Shown here: one piece after another, positions 1-9,999 of the stretch
Numbering within the stretch: position 1 is the stretch's first letter
Layout of the letters: the number at the start of each line of letters is the position of its first letter
Assembly: GCA_963713825.1 (NCBI GenBank)
Contig: CAVQNG010000025.1
Span: forward strand, 640,001-704,000
Length of the DNA: 64,000 bases
Reading direction: 5' to 3'
Source of the DNA: an uncultured Acidobacteriota bacterium
Lineage (GTDB): Bacteria > Acidobacteriota > Thermoanaerobaculia > Multivoradales > JAHEKO01
Translations under genes and position numbers: made by a program
The notes under the pieces: generated by a model
The model's input: only the letters and a program-made list of their open reading frames with translations
Databases searched by the model: none
Told to the model about the DNA's origin: nothing

Positions 1-312
1 CTCCGCCAGTCTCAGGCGCGCCCTCTGGAGACTGTCGTCCAAGCGCAGGAGGGTATTGCCGGCCATGACCCGATCGCCTTCGCGAAACGGCACCTCGACG
101 ACCAGTCCCCCATACTCCGGCGACAACTTCGCCCGGCGGCGGGCCTTGACGGTACCCGCTCTGGAGTTGGTGACGGTCTCCTCTACCAGACCCCGAGTCA
201 CCGCCTGGACCTCGACCTCGATCGGCTTGGGCTTGAAGACCGTCATCTTCAAGGCGATGCCAACCGCGACGAGAAGAGCCACGACGAGAAACCGTTTGAG
301 CCATTTGTTCAT
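1..312 (-). CDS. Efflux RND/ABC transporter periplasmic adaptor (HlyD/MFP family), N-terminal part; runs off window start
   Basis: Manual minus-strand translation from ATG at 312: MNKWLKRFLVVALLVAVGIALKMTVFKPKPIEVEVQAVTRGLVEETVTNSRAGTVKARRRAKLSPEYGGLVVEVPFREGDRVMAGNTLLRLD. N-terminal TM plus lipoyl-like half motif typical of membrane fusion proteins. Confidence 0.8.
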   Translation of the reverse strand, partial: MNKWLKRFLVVALLVAVGIALKMTVFKPKPIEVEVQAVTRGLVEETVTNSRAGTVKARRRAKLSPEYGGLVVEVPFREGDRVMAGNTLLRLDDSLQRARLRLAE

Positions 313-476
313 GGGTTCACCCCGATGCGCGTAGGTCCGATCTCGAACTGTAGCAGAGGGGAGCGGTGGAGTTCCCAGGTGATCTTGCTCCCTCTTGGGC
401 AGGCGGGTACCATAGCCGAGGACAGGGTCTTCTGCCCTGGTTCGACGATTCACCAATCAGGTACGGCGAGATCGAA

Positions 477-1436
477 ATGAAGAGGATTTTGGTCACAGGA
501 GCTCTGGGTCAGATCGGCTCGGAGCTGGTTCCCGCATTGCGTCGCAAGTATGGCTCCGACAACGTGGTCGCCTCTGACATTCGGGTGATTCGGCTCGAAC
601 AGATCGGTGACGAAGGCCCGTTCGAGGTCTTGGACTGCACCCGTCTCAGGCAGTTGTTGGAGGTCGTCCGTCGGTACGACATCGACACGGTCTTTCACCT
701 TGCTGCCCTGCTCTCGGCAGTCGCTGAAGAGAAACCGCAAGTGGCGTGGGATGTCAACATGGGTGGCCTCTATCGGGTTCTGGAAGTGGCTCGCCAGACA
801 CGCTGCGCGGTGTTCTTCCCAAGCTCGATTGGAGCCTTTGGACCCGGCACACCGAAGGACCTGGCACCGCAGGATACGGTGCAGCGGCCCAACACGATGT
901 ATGGCGTCACGAAGGTGTCCGGGGAGTTGCTGTGCGACTACTATCACCAGCGCTTCGGTGTTGACACGCGCGGCGTGCGCTTTCCTGGGCTGATTTCCTA
1001 CGGGGCCCCGCCTGGAGGTGGCACGACGGATTACGCAGTGGAGATCTTCTACGCTGCGATTCAGCATCAGGGCTATACCTGCTTTTTGGGCCGCGACACG
1101 TGCCTCGACATGATGTACATGCCCGACGCGGTGCGGGCGACGATTGGTGTCATGGAAGCCGAATCGACCAACCTCGAGCATAGAAACGCCTTCAATGTGG
1201 CGGCCATGAACTTCACCCCCGAGCGCCTGGCCGAGGAGATTCGACGGCACATACCGGAGTTCACGATCGACTATCAGGTGGATCCGGTGCGTCAGTCGAT
1301 CGCCGACTCGTGGCCGAACTCACTCGACGATTCGGCGGCGCGACAAGAATGGGGCTGGGCCCCGGAGTACGACATCGAGACCATGACGTTGGAGATGCTC
1401 GAGAAGCTTCGCGTCAAGCTCGCAGTCGATGGCTGA
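477..1436 (+). CDS. tdh: L-threonine 3-dehydrogenase (SDR/NAD-dependent epimerase type)
   Basis: MKRILVTGALGQIGSEL Rossmann motif, YGVTK, PGGGTTDYAV and SIADSWP motifs of SDR-type ThrDH; adjacent to kbl. Start moved to ATG 477. Confidence 0.88.
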   Translation: MKRILVTGALGQIGSELVPALRRKYGSDNVVASDIRVIRLEQIGDEGPFEVLDCTRLRQLLEVVRRYDIDTVFHLAALLSAVAEEKPQVAWDVNMGGLYRVLEVARQTRCAVFFPSSIGAFGPGTPKDLAPQDTVQRPNTMYGVTKVSGELLCDYYHQRFGVDTRGVRFPGLISYGAPPGGGTTDYAVEIFYAAIQHQGYTCFLGRDTCLDMMYMPDAVRATIGVMEAESTNLEHRNAFNVAAMNFTPERLAEEIRRHIPEFTIDYQVDPVRQSIADSWPNSLDDSAARQEWGWAPEYDIETMTLEMLEKLRVKLAVDG

Positions 1437-1505
1437 TTACAAACGACGGAATCGCGCCGATAGGCCGATGGGGTCCGACCCCTTTGACTGAGAAGGAGAG
1501 CTGCA

Positions 1506-2729
1506 ATGCCTTGCGATCGATTGGATCAGGCCCTGAGTCGAGAACTTGCTGAGCTGCGGGAAATGGGGACTCTGAAAGGTGCCGAGTCCGTTGTGACGAG
1601 GGTAGTCCCGGCCGACGGCGAGAGGGGGCCCCGATTCGAGCTGGCCGGCGACACGCAGCAGCAGTACCTGCGGATGAATTCCAACAGCTATCTGGGTTTG
1701 TCGTTGCGTCAGGAGCTGGTCGAGGCCGAGGAGGTGGCAGCTCGTCGATTCGGTACTGGCCCCGGAGCTGTACGGTTCATCAGCGGCACTTACCAGGCCC
1801 ATGTGGATCTGGAGGCCCGACTCGCGGCCTACCATGATCGTCAGGCTGGGATGGTCTTCAGCTCTGCCTACGCCACGACCATGGGCGTCTTGCCCGCGTT
1901 GATTACCAGCGACACGGTGGTCATCAGTGATGCCTTGAACCACAATTGCATCATCAACGCCATGCGATTGGCCCGGCCCGGGGCGAAAGAAGTCTACGAC
2001 CACGTAGATCTGGCAGACCTGGACAAAAAGCTGGATTCTGCGGCTGGCACCCACCGTCGTGCCTTGGTGGTGACCGACGGCATATTCAGTATGCGGGGTG
2101 ACTGGGCCCCTCTGTCGGAGATCCTCGCGCTAGCACGCTCGTACGACTCCCGGTTCGAGGAGAACGTCGTGGTCGTCGTCGACGACTCCCACGGTGTCGG
2201 TGCCTTCGGCAAGACCGGTCGAGGCACCGAGGAGTTCACTGGCAGTGATCAAGCAGATGTGCTGGTGGCGACTCTCGGCAAGGCCTTCGGGGTCAACGGT
2301 GGCTACGTGGTCGGTGGCGAGCGCCTGATCGAGTATCTGCGCGAGAAGTCTGCGTTCTACATCTATTCGAATCCGATTACTCCGGCCGAGGCTTCGGCGG
2401 CGCTGCGGGCCGTGGAATTGGTCGACAGTCCTCAGGGTCTGGAAATGCTGGAGCATCTCAGGGCGATGACCGCAAGATTCGAGCAGGGACTGGTGAACCT
2501 GGGCTTCGAGACGATTCCTGGAGAGCATCCAGTGGTGCCGCTGATGGTTCGGGATACGGCTCGCACGTCGTCCCTCGTAGGACACTTGAAGCGCCACGGT
2601 GTCCTCGCTACGGGTCTCAACTTTCCTGTGGTTCCCAAGGGAGATGAGGAGATCCGCTTTCAGGTGTCGGCGGATCACACGCCCTACGATATCGACTACA
2701 CCCTGGGGGTTCTGGGGTCGTTCGAATAG
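1506..2729 (+). CDS. kbl: Glycine C-acetyltransferase (2-amino-3-ketobutyrate CoA ligase), PLP-dependent
   Basis: NSYLGL, GPGAVRFISGT, SDALNHNCII, DDSHG, TLGKAFG motifs; paired with tdh. Confidence 0.85.
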   Translation: MPCDRLDQALSRELAELREMGTLKGAESVVTRVVPADGERGPRFELAGDTQQQYLRMNSNSYLGLSLRQELVEAEEVAARRFGTGPGAVRFISGTYQAHVDLEARLAAYHDRQAGMVFSSAYATTMGVLPALITSDTVVISDALNHNCIINAMRLARPGAKEVYDHVDLADLDKKLDSAAGTHRRALVVTDGIFSMRGDWAPLSEILALARSYDSRFEENVVVVVDDSHGVGAFGKTGRGTEEFTGSDQADVLVATLGKAFGVNGGYVVGGERLIEYLREKSAFYIYSNPITPAEASAALRAVELVDSPQGLEMLEHLRAMTARFEQGLVNLGFETIPGEHPVVPLMVRDTARTSSLVGHLKRHGVLATGLNFPVVPKGDEEIRFQVSADHTPYDIDYTLGVLGSFE

Positions 2730-2767
2730 CCGCAGGATTGCAGGCCCGGCGGCTTGCAGTTCGAGAT

Positions 2768-3520
2768 CTATTGAAGTGAGAAACGGATCGTCAGGCTGAA
2801 GTAGACAGCCACCGGCTCACCTTGCATCGTCGCCGGCTCGAACTTCCACTGCATGGCGGTTTCGACCGCTGATTCACCGAGCCCCATGGGCAGACCCTTC
2901 AGGACCTTCACGTCCCGAACGTTACCTTCCGCATCGATGATGGCCTCCAGAATGACCACTCCCTGAATTCGCCCCTGCCGCGCTTCCTCGGTATAGGGAG
3001 GGGCGGGGGAGAAGGTCTTTCTGGGAGGTAGGACCGACCCGCCCACCTTCATCGGTCCGCTGCCGGGATAGCGGCCAAACCCCTGAGGAACATTGGGCAC
3101 TCCGAAGACCGCGTCGTCGAAGTCCGTCAGGTCGGTGTCGGGTGCATCGACGTTCTCGACGATAATCGGCTCGGGCTCGTCCGGTGTCGGATCCGGTATC
3201 GGGACCTTCTTGCGCTTCTCGGAGCGCTTGGGAATCTGCTGCTGCTGTTGCGGCGGAGGGGGGTTGAAGCGGATCTGCTGCACGACGTAGACCTCTTGCT
3301 TACGACCCACTCGCATCGGCTTGGCCTCCATTTCGGGCAGGTTCAATGCGAACAGAAGCACATGGAGGCCAGCAGCGACGGCAATCGCGATCCGCGTGCG
3401 GATCTTCGACTCTCTTTCTTCAGCAGACGTGTCGATCTCGGGCACGTAACCGAGGTGCACCCTGATGGTCTTCGGTTCCCCACCCTTGACGCGTTGCCAG
3501 CTGGAGCTGTCTTCGAACAT
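2768..3520 (-). CDS. tonB: Energy transducer TonB family protein
   Basis: Single TM (IAIAVAAGLHVLL), Pro/Gln-rich linker, TonB_C domain (PPYTEEAR...QGVVILEAIIDAEG...WKFEPA). Confidence 0.85.
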   Translation of the reverse strand: MFEDSSSWQRVKGGEPKTIRVHLGYVPEIDTSAEERESKIRTRIAIAVAAGLHVLLFALNLPEMEAKPMRVGRKQEVYVVQQIRFNPPPPQQQQQIPKRSEKRKKVPIPDPTPDEPEPIIVENVDAPDTDLTDFDDAVFGVPNVPQGFGRYPGSGPMKVGGSVLPPRKTFSPAPPYTEEARQGRIQGVVILEAIIDAEGNVRDVKVLKGLPMGLGESAVETAMQWKFEPATMQGEPVAVYFSLTIRFSLQ

Positions 3521-3567
3521 ATTCAGATCAACCGATGCAATTCTCGGGCCGTCACGTCTTGATTAGA

Positions 3568-3592
3568 TACGGAGAAGGTGCCACCGGGTTCC
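3568..3592 (-). promoter_or_regulatory. Putative ECF sigma promoter GGAAC-N16-CGTA upstream of tonB
   Basis: Minus strand reads GGAAC-ccggtggcaccttctc-CGTA-TCTAA about 48 nt before the tonB start; same geometry as the motif before the ECF gene at 61901-61925. Confidence 0.45.
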
Positions 3593-3675
3593 CATCACTT
3601 CGATGGGTGCTCGAATAGAGGCCATGTCATGCGGACCGCTCGAGCCGGGCGAAGACTACCCCAACGTCCGTCATT

Positions 3676-4485
3676 CTAGCTGCCGGCGAAGGCGGTTCGC
3701 TTGTCCGGCAAGGCAAACCCTCCCATCAGCCCGGCTCGTAGGACGAACTCTTCGGACAGCAATCGGTATGCCTCGGCGCCGGGAGAGCCGGGGTCGAACT
3801 CGAAAATGGTCTGACCCTGTGCCGGGGCCTCCGCCAAACGGATATTGGTACGGATCTCCACCGCGAAGACCCGCTCTTCGAATTCCGCGCGGATTTGGCG
3901 TACGTTGTCCCGGTTCGCTCGGGTCCGGTAGTCGACCATGGTGAGCACGACTCCGAGCAGGCGGGTGGGGCTACCCAGGCGCTGGCAAAGTCGGTCGGCT
4001 GACGCGCAGACATTGCGGACTCCTTCGATAGCCAGATAGTGGGGTACGGCTGGGACGATATAGCAGTCCGATGCCATCAGAGCGTTGACCGGTGCCAACG
4101 AGGGAAATGCTGGGCAGTCGATGAGCACGAAGTCGAAGCTGTCAGCGACCACCGAGAGCTCCTCTTTCAGCAGGCTTTCCCGCCTTGGCAACGGTCCCAA
4201 CTCGCGGTCGAGGCTGGTCAGATCGGTCGAGGCCGTGACCAGATAGAGACCCATGACTCTGGTCGCTCTGATGGCATCCGCGATCGGATAGGAGTTCAAG
4301 AGCACATCGGCTGACGAGGGAGCCAAAGCCCATCTGGATACCCCCAGGGAGAGCGAGGTCGAAGCCTGGCTATCGAGATCCAGCAGCAGGACTTTGTAGC
4401 CCTGGCCAGCCAGGGCCGCTGCTAGATTGACGGAAGTCGTGGTTTTTCCCACACCTCCTTTTCTGCTCAGGATGGCAGTAATCAC
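3676..4485 (-). CDS. ParA/Soj family ATPase
   Basis: Deviant Walker A KGGVGKTT, DLDSQ, LIDCP, RLAEAP motifs. Confidence 0.9.
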   Translation of the reverse strand: MITAILSRKGGVGKTTTSVNLAAALAGQGYKVLLLDLDSQASTSLSLGVSRWALAPSSADVLLNSYPIADAIRATRVMGLYLVTASTDLTSLDRELGPLPRRESLLKEELSVVADSFDFVLIDCPAFPSLAPVNALMASDCYIVPAVPHYLAIEGVRNVCASADRLCQRLGSPTRLLGVVLTMVDYRTRANRDNVRQIRAEFEERVFAVEIRTNIRLAEAPAQGQTIFEFDPGSPGAEAYRLLSEEFVLRAGLMGGFALPDKRTAFAGS

Positions 4486-4587
4486 AACTCTTCCCTAAGG
4501 CACACGGACCCGCTCCACGCATGCAGTGGTTGGAGGCCAGGCGGTGCCACGGTTCAGCCGCTAGCTATTCTAGCTCGTCGAACCGCT

Positions 4588-6459
4588 CTACGGCCGGAAG
4601 GGCAGGCGAACGAGGGTCGTAGGCCAGGGGCGGCGGCGAAATCCATAGATGGAAAAGGCGAGGGCGGGAGTGCGGTCCATCGTCAGACCCAAGCCTCCGC
4701 CAGGTGCTCGGGCAGCGCCTTCGATTCCCAATTGCACGATCCTGTCGACGTCGTCTCCACTCGCCCGGAGTGCCTCCATTGTCCGTTGAGTCAAGTCGTC
4801 CCTGTCCTTCAACTTGGCGGTCTGCAAGAGCCTCGGTTCGAGGCGCACCGCGGTTGCCGCCCAATGCGGAGCCTCGGGGTGCTGCGGTCGACTCAGCGCC
4901 ATCAGGAAAGGTGGCAAAGGTGCAAGAGGATCCAAGTTCCGTGCCTTCACCAGAGTCTCCAGGGTCCAATCAGCCGAGATTTCCATGCCCATGAAGCCGG
5001 CTGTCAGCCAAAAAGCTGCTAGTCCTTCGGCCTCTTCGGCGGCCTGCAAAGCGAGCCGGGCCGACTCTTCATCGATGCCCTGGAGGGTGCCTTGAAGCCA
5101 TGCCTTTCTGGCCCCATAGAGAGGGAACGCAGGATCCAGGTCCCTGGCCCAACCAATCTCGTCCAGGGCTCGAATCGGGGTTTCGGCGGCTACGGCCCGA
5201 TCATAGTGGACCTGTGCCAGGACCTTGGGTAGGAGCAAGGCGCATACCGGCAGGAGGTACAGCAAAGTGAACAGAAGTCGTGGTCGAATGCCACGGGACC
5301 CAGTTTCGGATCTGCTGGCCAGACTCGCTCCGGATGCGGTGATGGCGGCAGCTGGAAGAGCGAGGATGCTAATGGCGGCATTGCCCAGGAGGAAGAGAGA
5401 TCCACCGGCCAGCCCGAGCAGGGCAGTGAGCTGTGCCGGGCTTCGGCGTCGATTGTTGTCTCGAGACCCGCTTCGGGCGATGAAGAGTATCCAGAGGCAG
5501 GCGGCGAGCACCAGACCTGTCAGGCCGAGCTCGAACGCCAGTTGAGCGGGTAGCGAGTGTAAGTCCCCGACGACCTGGCTGGGTGGATTGACCCCAGGAT
5601 CCGGCCTCAGGAAGCGGGCAATCAGCCAGGGTGTCGAGCCAGGACCCCAACCCATCAGCGGGCGCTCGACGAAGCCGTCCCAGGAGGCCCGCAGGTAGAG
5701 GAATCGCGCCTCGGCGGAGAGGTCGGTTGCGGTGAGAATGCGCCAGCCTCTCGGTAGCTGGCTCAGGGCCGCGAGCCCTGCAGCAGTTGCGAAGGGCAAC
5801 CGAAGTGCTGGCCACCATAGGGCTGCCAGAGCACCCTGTAGCGCCAGGACCACCATGCCGAGCATCGAGCCGGTTGCCAAAATGGCACTAACTCCCATGG
5901 TCAGGGCTGTGGCAGCAAGCCAGCGACGAGCCCCGGTTTTTTGGAGTCCAGCCGCGGCCATGGGGAGGAGAAAGACAAGCCATCCGGCGAGCAGGTTGTG
6001 GTGGCCGAGTGGCATGGCGGCGCGGGAGGAGTCGAGGTGAAGCCACTGCAAGAGGCTCCAACCGGCGACGGCTACGACGACCACCGAAATGGTGACCAGA
6101 CCGATCTGGAGTTGCTCCGGTTGGCGCCAGCATCGTGCGACGCCAGCAGGCGCCGTGAGGAACGCCGGCAGGAGAAGAACACCCACCAGGCCAGCCCTAC
6201 CGACGGGAGACAGGTACCAGCTCGTGATAGCGGTTGCGACGAGAGCGAGCGGGAGCAGTGTTCCGAGCCGTGTACCGAGGCGAAGCGGGTCCGGCCAGTC
6301 AGCGGCGCCGATCAGAGCCAACAACAACACAGAGGCGAAGCCGACGGCACTGCCGCCCGCAGTTGCGCCGCCCGGCAACGTGCCGTACCAGAACGATAGA
6401 AGGGCCAGGAGGAGGCCCGGCACTACGGAACGATAGAGATTACCCCGGACTGGGTTCAC
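4588..6459 (-). CDS. O-antigen ligase (Wzy_C/WaaL-like) polytopic membrane protein
   Basis: Many TM helices, PLGHHNLLAG, RPLMGWGPGS and LHSLPAQLAFELGLTG motifs; helical C-terminal tail. Confidence 0.7.
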   Translation of the reverse strand: MNPVRGNLYRSVVPGLLLALLSFWYGTLPGGATAGGSAVGFASVLLLALIGAADWPDPLRLGTRLGTLLPLALVATAITSWYLSPVGRAGLVGVLLLPAFLTAPAGVARCWRQPEQLQIGLVTISVVVVAVAGWSLLQWLHLDSSRAAMPLGHHNLLAGWLVFLLPMAAAGLQKTGARRWLAATALTMGVSAILATGSMLGMVVLALQGALAALWWPALRLPFATAAGLAALSQLPRGWRILTATDLSAEARFLYLRASWDGFVERPLMGWGPGSTPWLIARFLRPDPGVNPPSQVVGDLHSLPAQLAFELGLTGLVLAACLWILFIARSGSRDNNRRRSPAQLTALLGLAGGSLFLLGNAAISILALPAAAITASGASLASRSETGSRGIRPRLLFTLLYLLPVCALLLPKVLAQVHYDRAVAAETPIRALDEIGWARDLDPAFPLYGARKAWLQGTLQGIDEESARLALQAAEEAEGLAAFWLTAGFMGMEISADWTLETLVKARNLDPLAPLPPFLMALSRPQHPEAPHWAATAVRLEPRLLQTAKLKDRDDLTQRTMEALRASGDDVDRIVQLGIEGAARAPGGGLGLTMDRTPALAFSIYGFRRRPWPTTLVRLPFRP

Positions 6460-7601
6460 GGACCGGGAGCGACGGCTGGCGTGTCGTCTCCGAAGAGCAG
6501 CTCCAGGTCCAGCCTTCCCGTGCTACCGATGGACGGCACGAACGATTGCGGTCGCGGAGTCGGTTGGGTTCGGGGCGCCGTCGTCTGGGATGGAGCTGGG
6601 CTCGAAGGGCTACTGGGCCTTGGGGTCGTCGTCCGAGGGTAGGAGACGGATCCGCCGCTGCGGGGAGTCGATGACGTCGATGAAGGCGGACTGGACGAGC
6701 CGGTGTAGCCTACGCCTTGTCCCACGGTGGTTGGAAGGAGGTCTTCTTCGGTCAGCCTTCGGGGCGAGTCGCTCGACTCCTGTTGTCCCGCCTCGGGATA
6801 GGTGCTTTCAGACCCGAGATCTTCCTGGTCGATCGCGGACTCTTCGACAGGTTCCCAGCGGGCTTTAGGCTGCGGCTCCCGGACCTCTGTCGCCTCGGAA
6901 TCGACTCCTGCTTGATCGACAGGCTCTTCTCTCCAGGTGAGGGTCTCTCCCTCGGGGTGGGACTCCGGTTCGGCACCTGGCTCGACGTCCGGAGTGGTGA
7001 CCGGCTCTGCACCTGAAGCTGGGATCAGCAGTGCCGCTACCTGGTTCGGTCTCTGATAGAGGCGGGGTGCCTGGGCCGCCTCCACTTTCGCCAGATAGAG
7101 GCGCAGCTGTGACTCGGTAAGGTAGCGGTTCTCGATGATGTGCGGATTGACGGCTGGGGAAGCGAGGTCGGGATCCAAGGCCAGAGCCCTCGTGTAATAG
7201 TCCACGGCTTTGTTGCGACGTCCGGCCAAAGCACTGAGCGTTCCCAACTGGTACAGGGACCAGGCGTGCTGCGGCTGGATGGCGAGCACCCGGTTCAGTT
7301 CCTTCTTCGCCTGGCTACTATTACCCTGTTCCATCAGCACGAGAGCCAGGTTGTACCGCGTCGCGGTGTTGTCGGGACTGATCTCGAGAGACTGGCGATA
7401 GATCTCCTCCGCTTCGGCGATCGATCCAGCCAGAACGAGGAGATTTCCGAGATCGTTGAGGATCTCGGGGTCGTTCGGATTTTGCGAGGCTTGAGCCCGC
7501 TGCGCCTCGACAGCCTCGTACAGATTGGGAGGTGACGTTGCCGGGGAAACGGAACTGCAGAACAACAAAGCTGCGACGGTGACAAGGCCAGATAAACGCA
7601 C
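6456..7601 (-). CDS. Exported TPR-repeat protein with low-complexity P/S/T/E C-terminal tail
   Basis: Signal peptide, three TPR-like repeats (NDLGNLL..., YNLALVL..., YQLGTL...), disordered tail; 4-nt overlap with the ligase-like gene. Confidence 0.75.
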   Translation of the reverse strand: MRLSGLVTVAALLFCSSVSPATSPPNLYEAVEAQRAQASQNPNDPEILNDLGNLLVLAGSIAEAEEIYRQSLEISPDNTATRYNLALVLMEQGNSSQAKKELNRVLAIQPQHAWSLYQLGTLSALAGRRNKAVDYYTRALALDPDLASPAVNPHIIENRYLTESQLRLYLAKVEAAQAPRLYQRPNQVAALLIPASGAEPVTTPDVEPGAEPESHPEGETLTWREEPVDQAGVDSEATEVREPQPKARWEPVEESAIDQEDLGSESTYPEAGQQESSDSPRRLTEEDLLPTTVGQGVGYTGSSSPPSSTSSTPRSGGSVSYPRTTTPRPSSPSSPAPSQTTAPRTQPTPRPQSFVPSIGSTGRLDLELLFGDDTPAVAPGP

Positions 7602-7693
7602 AATCTACTCCTTCCGGTCACGGGACACAGCCCAGTTAGCCATGCGCCTCCCAAGGCGGGCAGCCTGCGAGACAGAATCGCTGACAGCGAGGC

Positions 7694-7763
7694 TCCCTGA
7701 GCGATGGTAGCACGAGCCTGAAAGCGTGAAGCCCTGGTGGAGCGGCACCCGATCGCTCAGGGA
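7694..7763. repeat. 12-bp perfect inverted repeat overlapping the cysteine synthase-like stop codon
   Basis: TCCCTGAGCGAT (7694-7705) and ATCGCTCAGGGA (7752-7763). Confidence 0.6.
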
Positions 7764-8731
7764 ACCAGACCTTGTTGCCTCAGCCACTCGGTATTCAGCT
7801 TGGAGAGATACCGCTCACCCGAATCGGGGAAGAGCGTCACCACGAGAGCATCCCCAGGGAGAGGTTTGGCGATCTGGCGTGCCGCGACGGCGGCGGCACC
7901 TCCCGAAGAGCCGGTGAAGATCGCCTCCTGGCGCGACAACTCGAAGACAGCCTTGTAGGCGCTGCTGTCGTCGACCGTGACGACCTCGTCGATGCTGTCC
8001 ATCCAGACGCTCTCTGGAAGCAGGTCTTCGCCGATACCATCGATCAGGTAGGGGCGGATCTGATCTTTGGGTGGCAGCTCTCCATGTTCCTTGAAGAACC
8101 GGTAGATGCTGCCGACCGGGTCTACACCGATAACGCGAATCTCGGGATTCTGTTCCTTGAGATACCTGGCCACTCCGCTGATCGTGCCCCCTGTGCCGAT
8201 CCCTGCGACCCAGTGGGTGATCCTGCCCTCCGTCTGTTGCCAGATCTCGGGCCCCGTGCTTCGGTAGTGGGCTTCGGGGTTGGCCTGGTTGTAGTACTGG
8301 TAGGGCAGGAAGGCGCCCCGTTCCTCTCGGATTCGCTCCGCCGTCCGGTAGTAGGAGCTTGGATCGTCGGGCTCGACGTCGGCTGGACAGACGATGACTT
8401 CGACGCCGAAAGCCTCCAACAGCGAGACCTTCTCCAACGGGATCTTGTCCGTCACTGTGCACACCAGGGGGTAGCCCTTGAGGATTGCCGCCATGGCCAG
8501 GCCGAGTCCTGTATTGCCTGATGTCGGCTCGACGATGGTGTCCCCTGGCCGCAACTCGCCCGCCTCCTCTGCCGCTTCGATCATCGCCAGACCGATACGG
8601 TCCTTGACGCTACCTCCGGGGTTGAAGTACTCGAGTTTGACGGCCAGTGAGGCCGGCCCTGGGAAGAAGCGATCCAATCGTACGATCGGCGTGTCGCCCA
8701 GGGTGTCCAGTATGTTGTTGAAAAGTTTCAT
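7757..8731 (-). CDS. PLP-dependent cysteine synthase / cystathionine beta-synthase family protein
   Basis: KLEYFNPGGSVKDR, EPTSGNTG, GIGTGGT, PDSGERYLSK. Start moved to MKLFNNIL at 8731. Confidence 0.88.
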   Translation of the reverse strand: MKLFNNILDTLGDTPIVRLDRFFPGPASLAVKLEYFNPGGSVKDRIGLAMIEAAEEAGELRPGDTIVEPTSGNTGLGLAMAAILKGYPLVCTVTDKIPLEKVSLLEAFGVEVIVCPADVEPDDPSSYYRTAERIREERGAFLPYQYYNQANPEAHYRSTGPEIWQQTEGRITHWVAGIGTGGTISGVARYLKEQNPEIRVIGVDPVGSIYRFFKEHGELPPKDQIRPYLIDGIGEDLLPESVWMDSIDEVVTVDDSSAYKAVFELSRQEAIFTGSSGGAAAVAARQIAKPLPGDALVVTLFPDSGERYLSKLNTEWLRQQGLVP

Positions 8732-8878
8732 AGAATCGGTGCCTCCCAGTGCAGCTGAGCTCTCGATTCGGGTAGGGTCGGCAAATCTAGCACACGGGAA
8801 AGATGGCGCTGATCTCATCCCCGAATTGGGAGTAGAGCCTCGGCTTTGCCGGACCGACGACGATTCAAGGAGGTAGTT

Positions 8879-9970
8879 ATGTTGCGATTCGATTCTTGCT
8901 CGACACCATGCAGCGCCCGCTCGTTTCTCGGGATGCTGCTGATGGTTCTTGTGATGGCGGGTGCTGGTGCTGTGGTGTCCGCTGCCTCCCCCGAGGAGGG
9001 AGAGCTTCGTTTGAAGAATGTTCGCCAGCTGACATTCGGAGGGGAGAACGCTGAAGCCTACTGGTCTCCCGATGGCCGCGAGCTGATCATGCAATCGACT
9101 CGAGAGCCCTACGCCTGTGACCAGATCTTCAGGCTCGCTGTCGAAGGATCAGTAGATCCGATTCTGGTCTCGACGGGCAAGGGTAGGACGACCTGTGCCT
9201 ATTTCACTGCCGATGGCGAGAGGGTTCTGTACTCATCGACGCATCTCGAGGGCCCCGAATGTCCTCCCGTGCCCGATCACTCCCAGGGCTATGTCTGGCC
9301 GCTCTACGACAGCATGGATATCTTCAGCGCCAAGACTGACGGCTCGGACCTTCAGAAACTCACCAATTCTGGATCCTATGATGCCGAAGCCACGGTCTGC
9401 AGCCGGGACGGCTCGATCGTATTCACTTCGACGCGCGACGGCGACCTCGATCTCTATTCGATGGACGCGGATGGCGGCAACGTCAGGCGATTGACCGACA
9501 CGCCCGGCTACGATGGCGGGGCGTTCTTTTCAGCCGACTGCACCAAAATTGTCTGGCGAGCCTCGAGGCCGGCGCCTGGAGAAGAGCTCGAGGACTACCG
9601 GCGTTTACTGACGGAGAACCTGGTCCGGCCGTCCAAGCTGGAGGTCTTCGTTGCCAACGCGGACGGCAGCGAGGCGCAACAGGTAACCGATCTGGGGGCC
9701 GCGTCATTTGCACCGTTCTTCCACCCGTCGGGTCAACGGATTCTGTTCTCGACCAACCATGGCGATCCATCGGGTCGCGAGTTCGACATCTGGGCGGTCG
9801 ACGTCGATGGGAGCAATCTCGAGCGGATCACCTTCAGCCCGGGTTTCGACGGTTTTCCAATGTTCTCCCCGGATGGATCCAGGCTGGCGTTCGCCTCGAA
9901 TCGGAATCAGCAGAAGCCCGGGGAGACCAACGTCTTCGTGGCTGACTGGGTAGAGACCTCGAAGAAGTAG
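8879..9970 (+). CDS. TolB-like PD40-repeat beta-propeller exported protein
   Basis: AGGAGG RBS, signal peptide, repeated (W/F)SPDG and RLT..PGYDG motifs. Confidence 0.8.
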   Translation: MLRFDSCSTPCSARSFLGMLLMVLVMAGAGAVVSAASPEEGELRLKNVRQLTFGGENAEAYWSPDGRELIMQSTREPYACDQIFRLAVEGSVDPILVSTGKGRTTCAYFTADGERVLYSSTHLEGPECPPVPDHSQGYVWPLYDSMDIFSAKTDGSDLQKLTNSGSYDAEATVCSRDGSIVFTSTRDGDLDLYSMDADGGNVRRLTDTPGYDGGAFFSADCTKIVWRASRPAPGEELEDYRRLLTENLVRPSKLEVFVANADGSEAQQVTDLGAASFAPFFHPSGQRILFSTNHGDPSGREFDIWAVDVDGSNLERITFSPGFDGFPMFSPDGSRLAFASNRNQQKPGETNVFVADWVETSKK

Positions 9971-9999
9971 TCGGTCGATTCATCGGGAATCTCGGTCGC

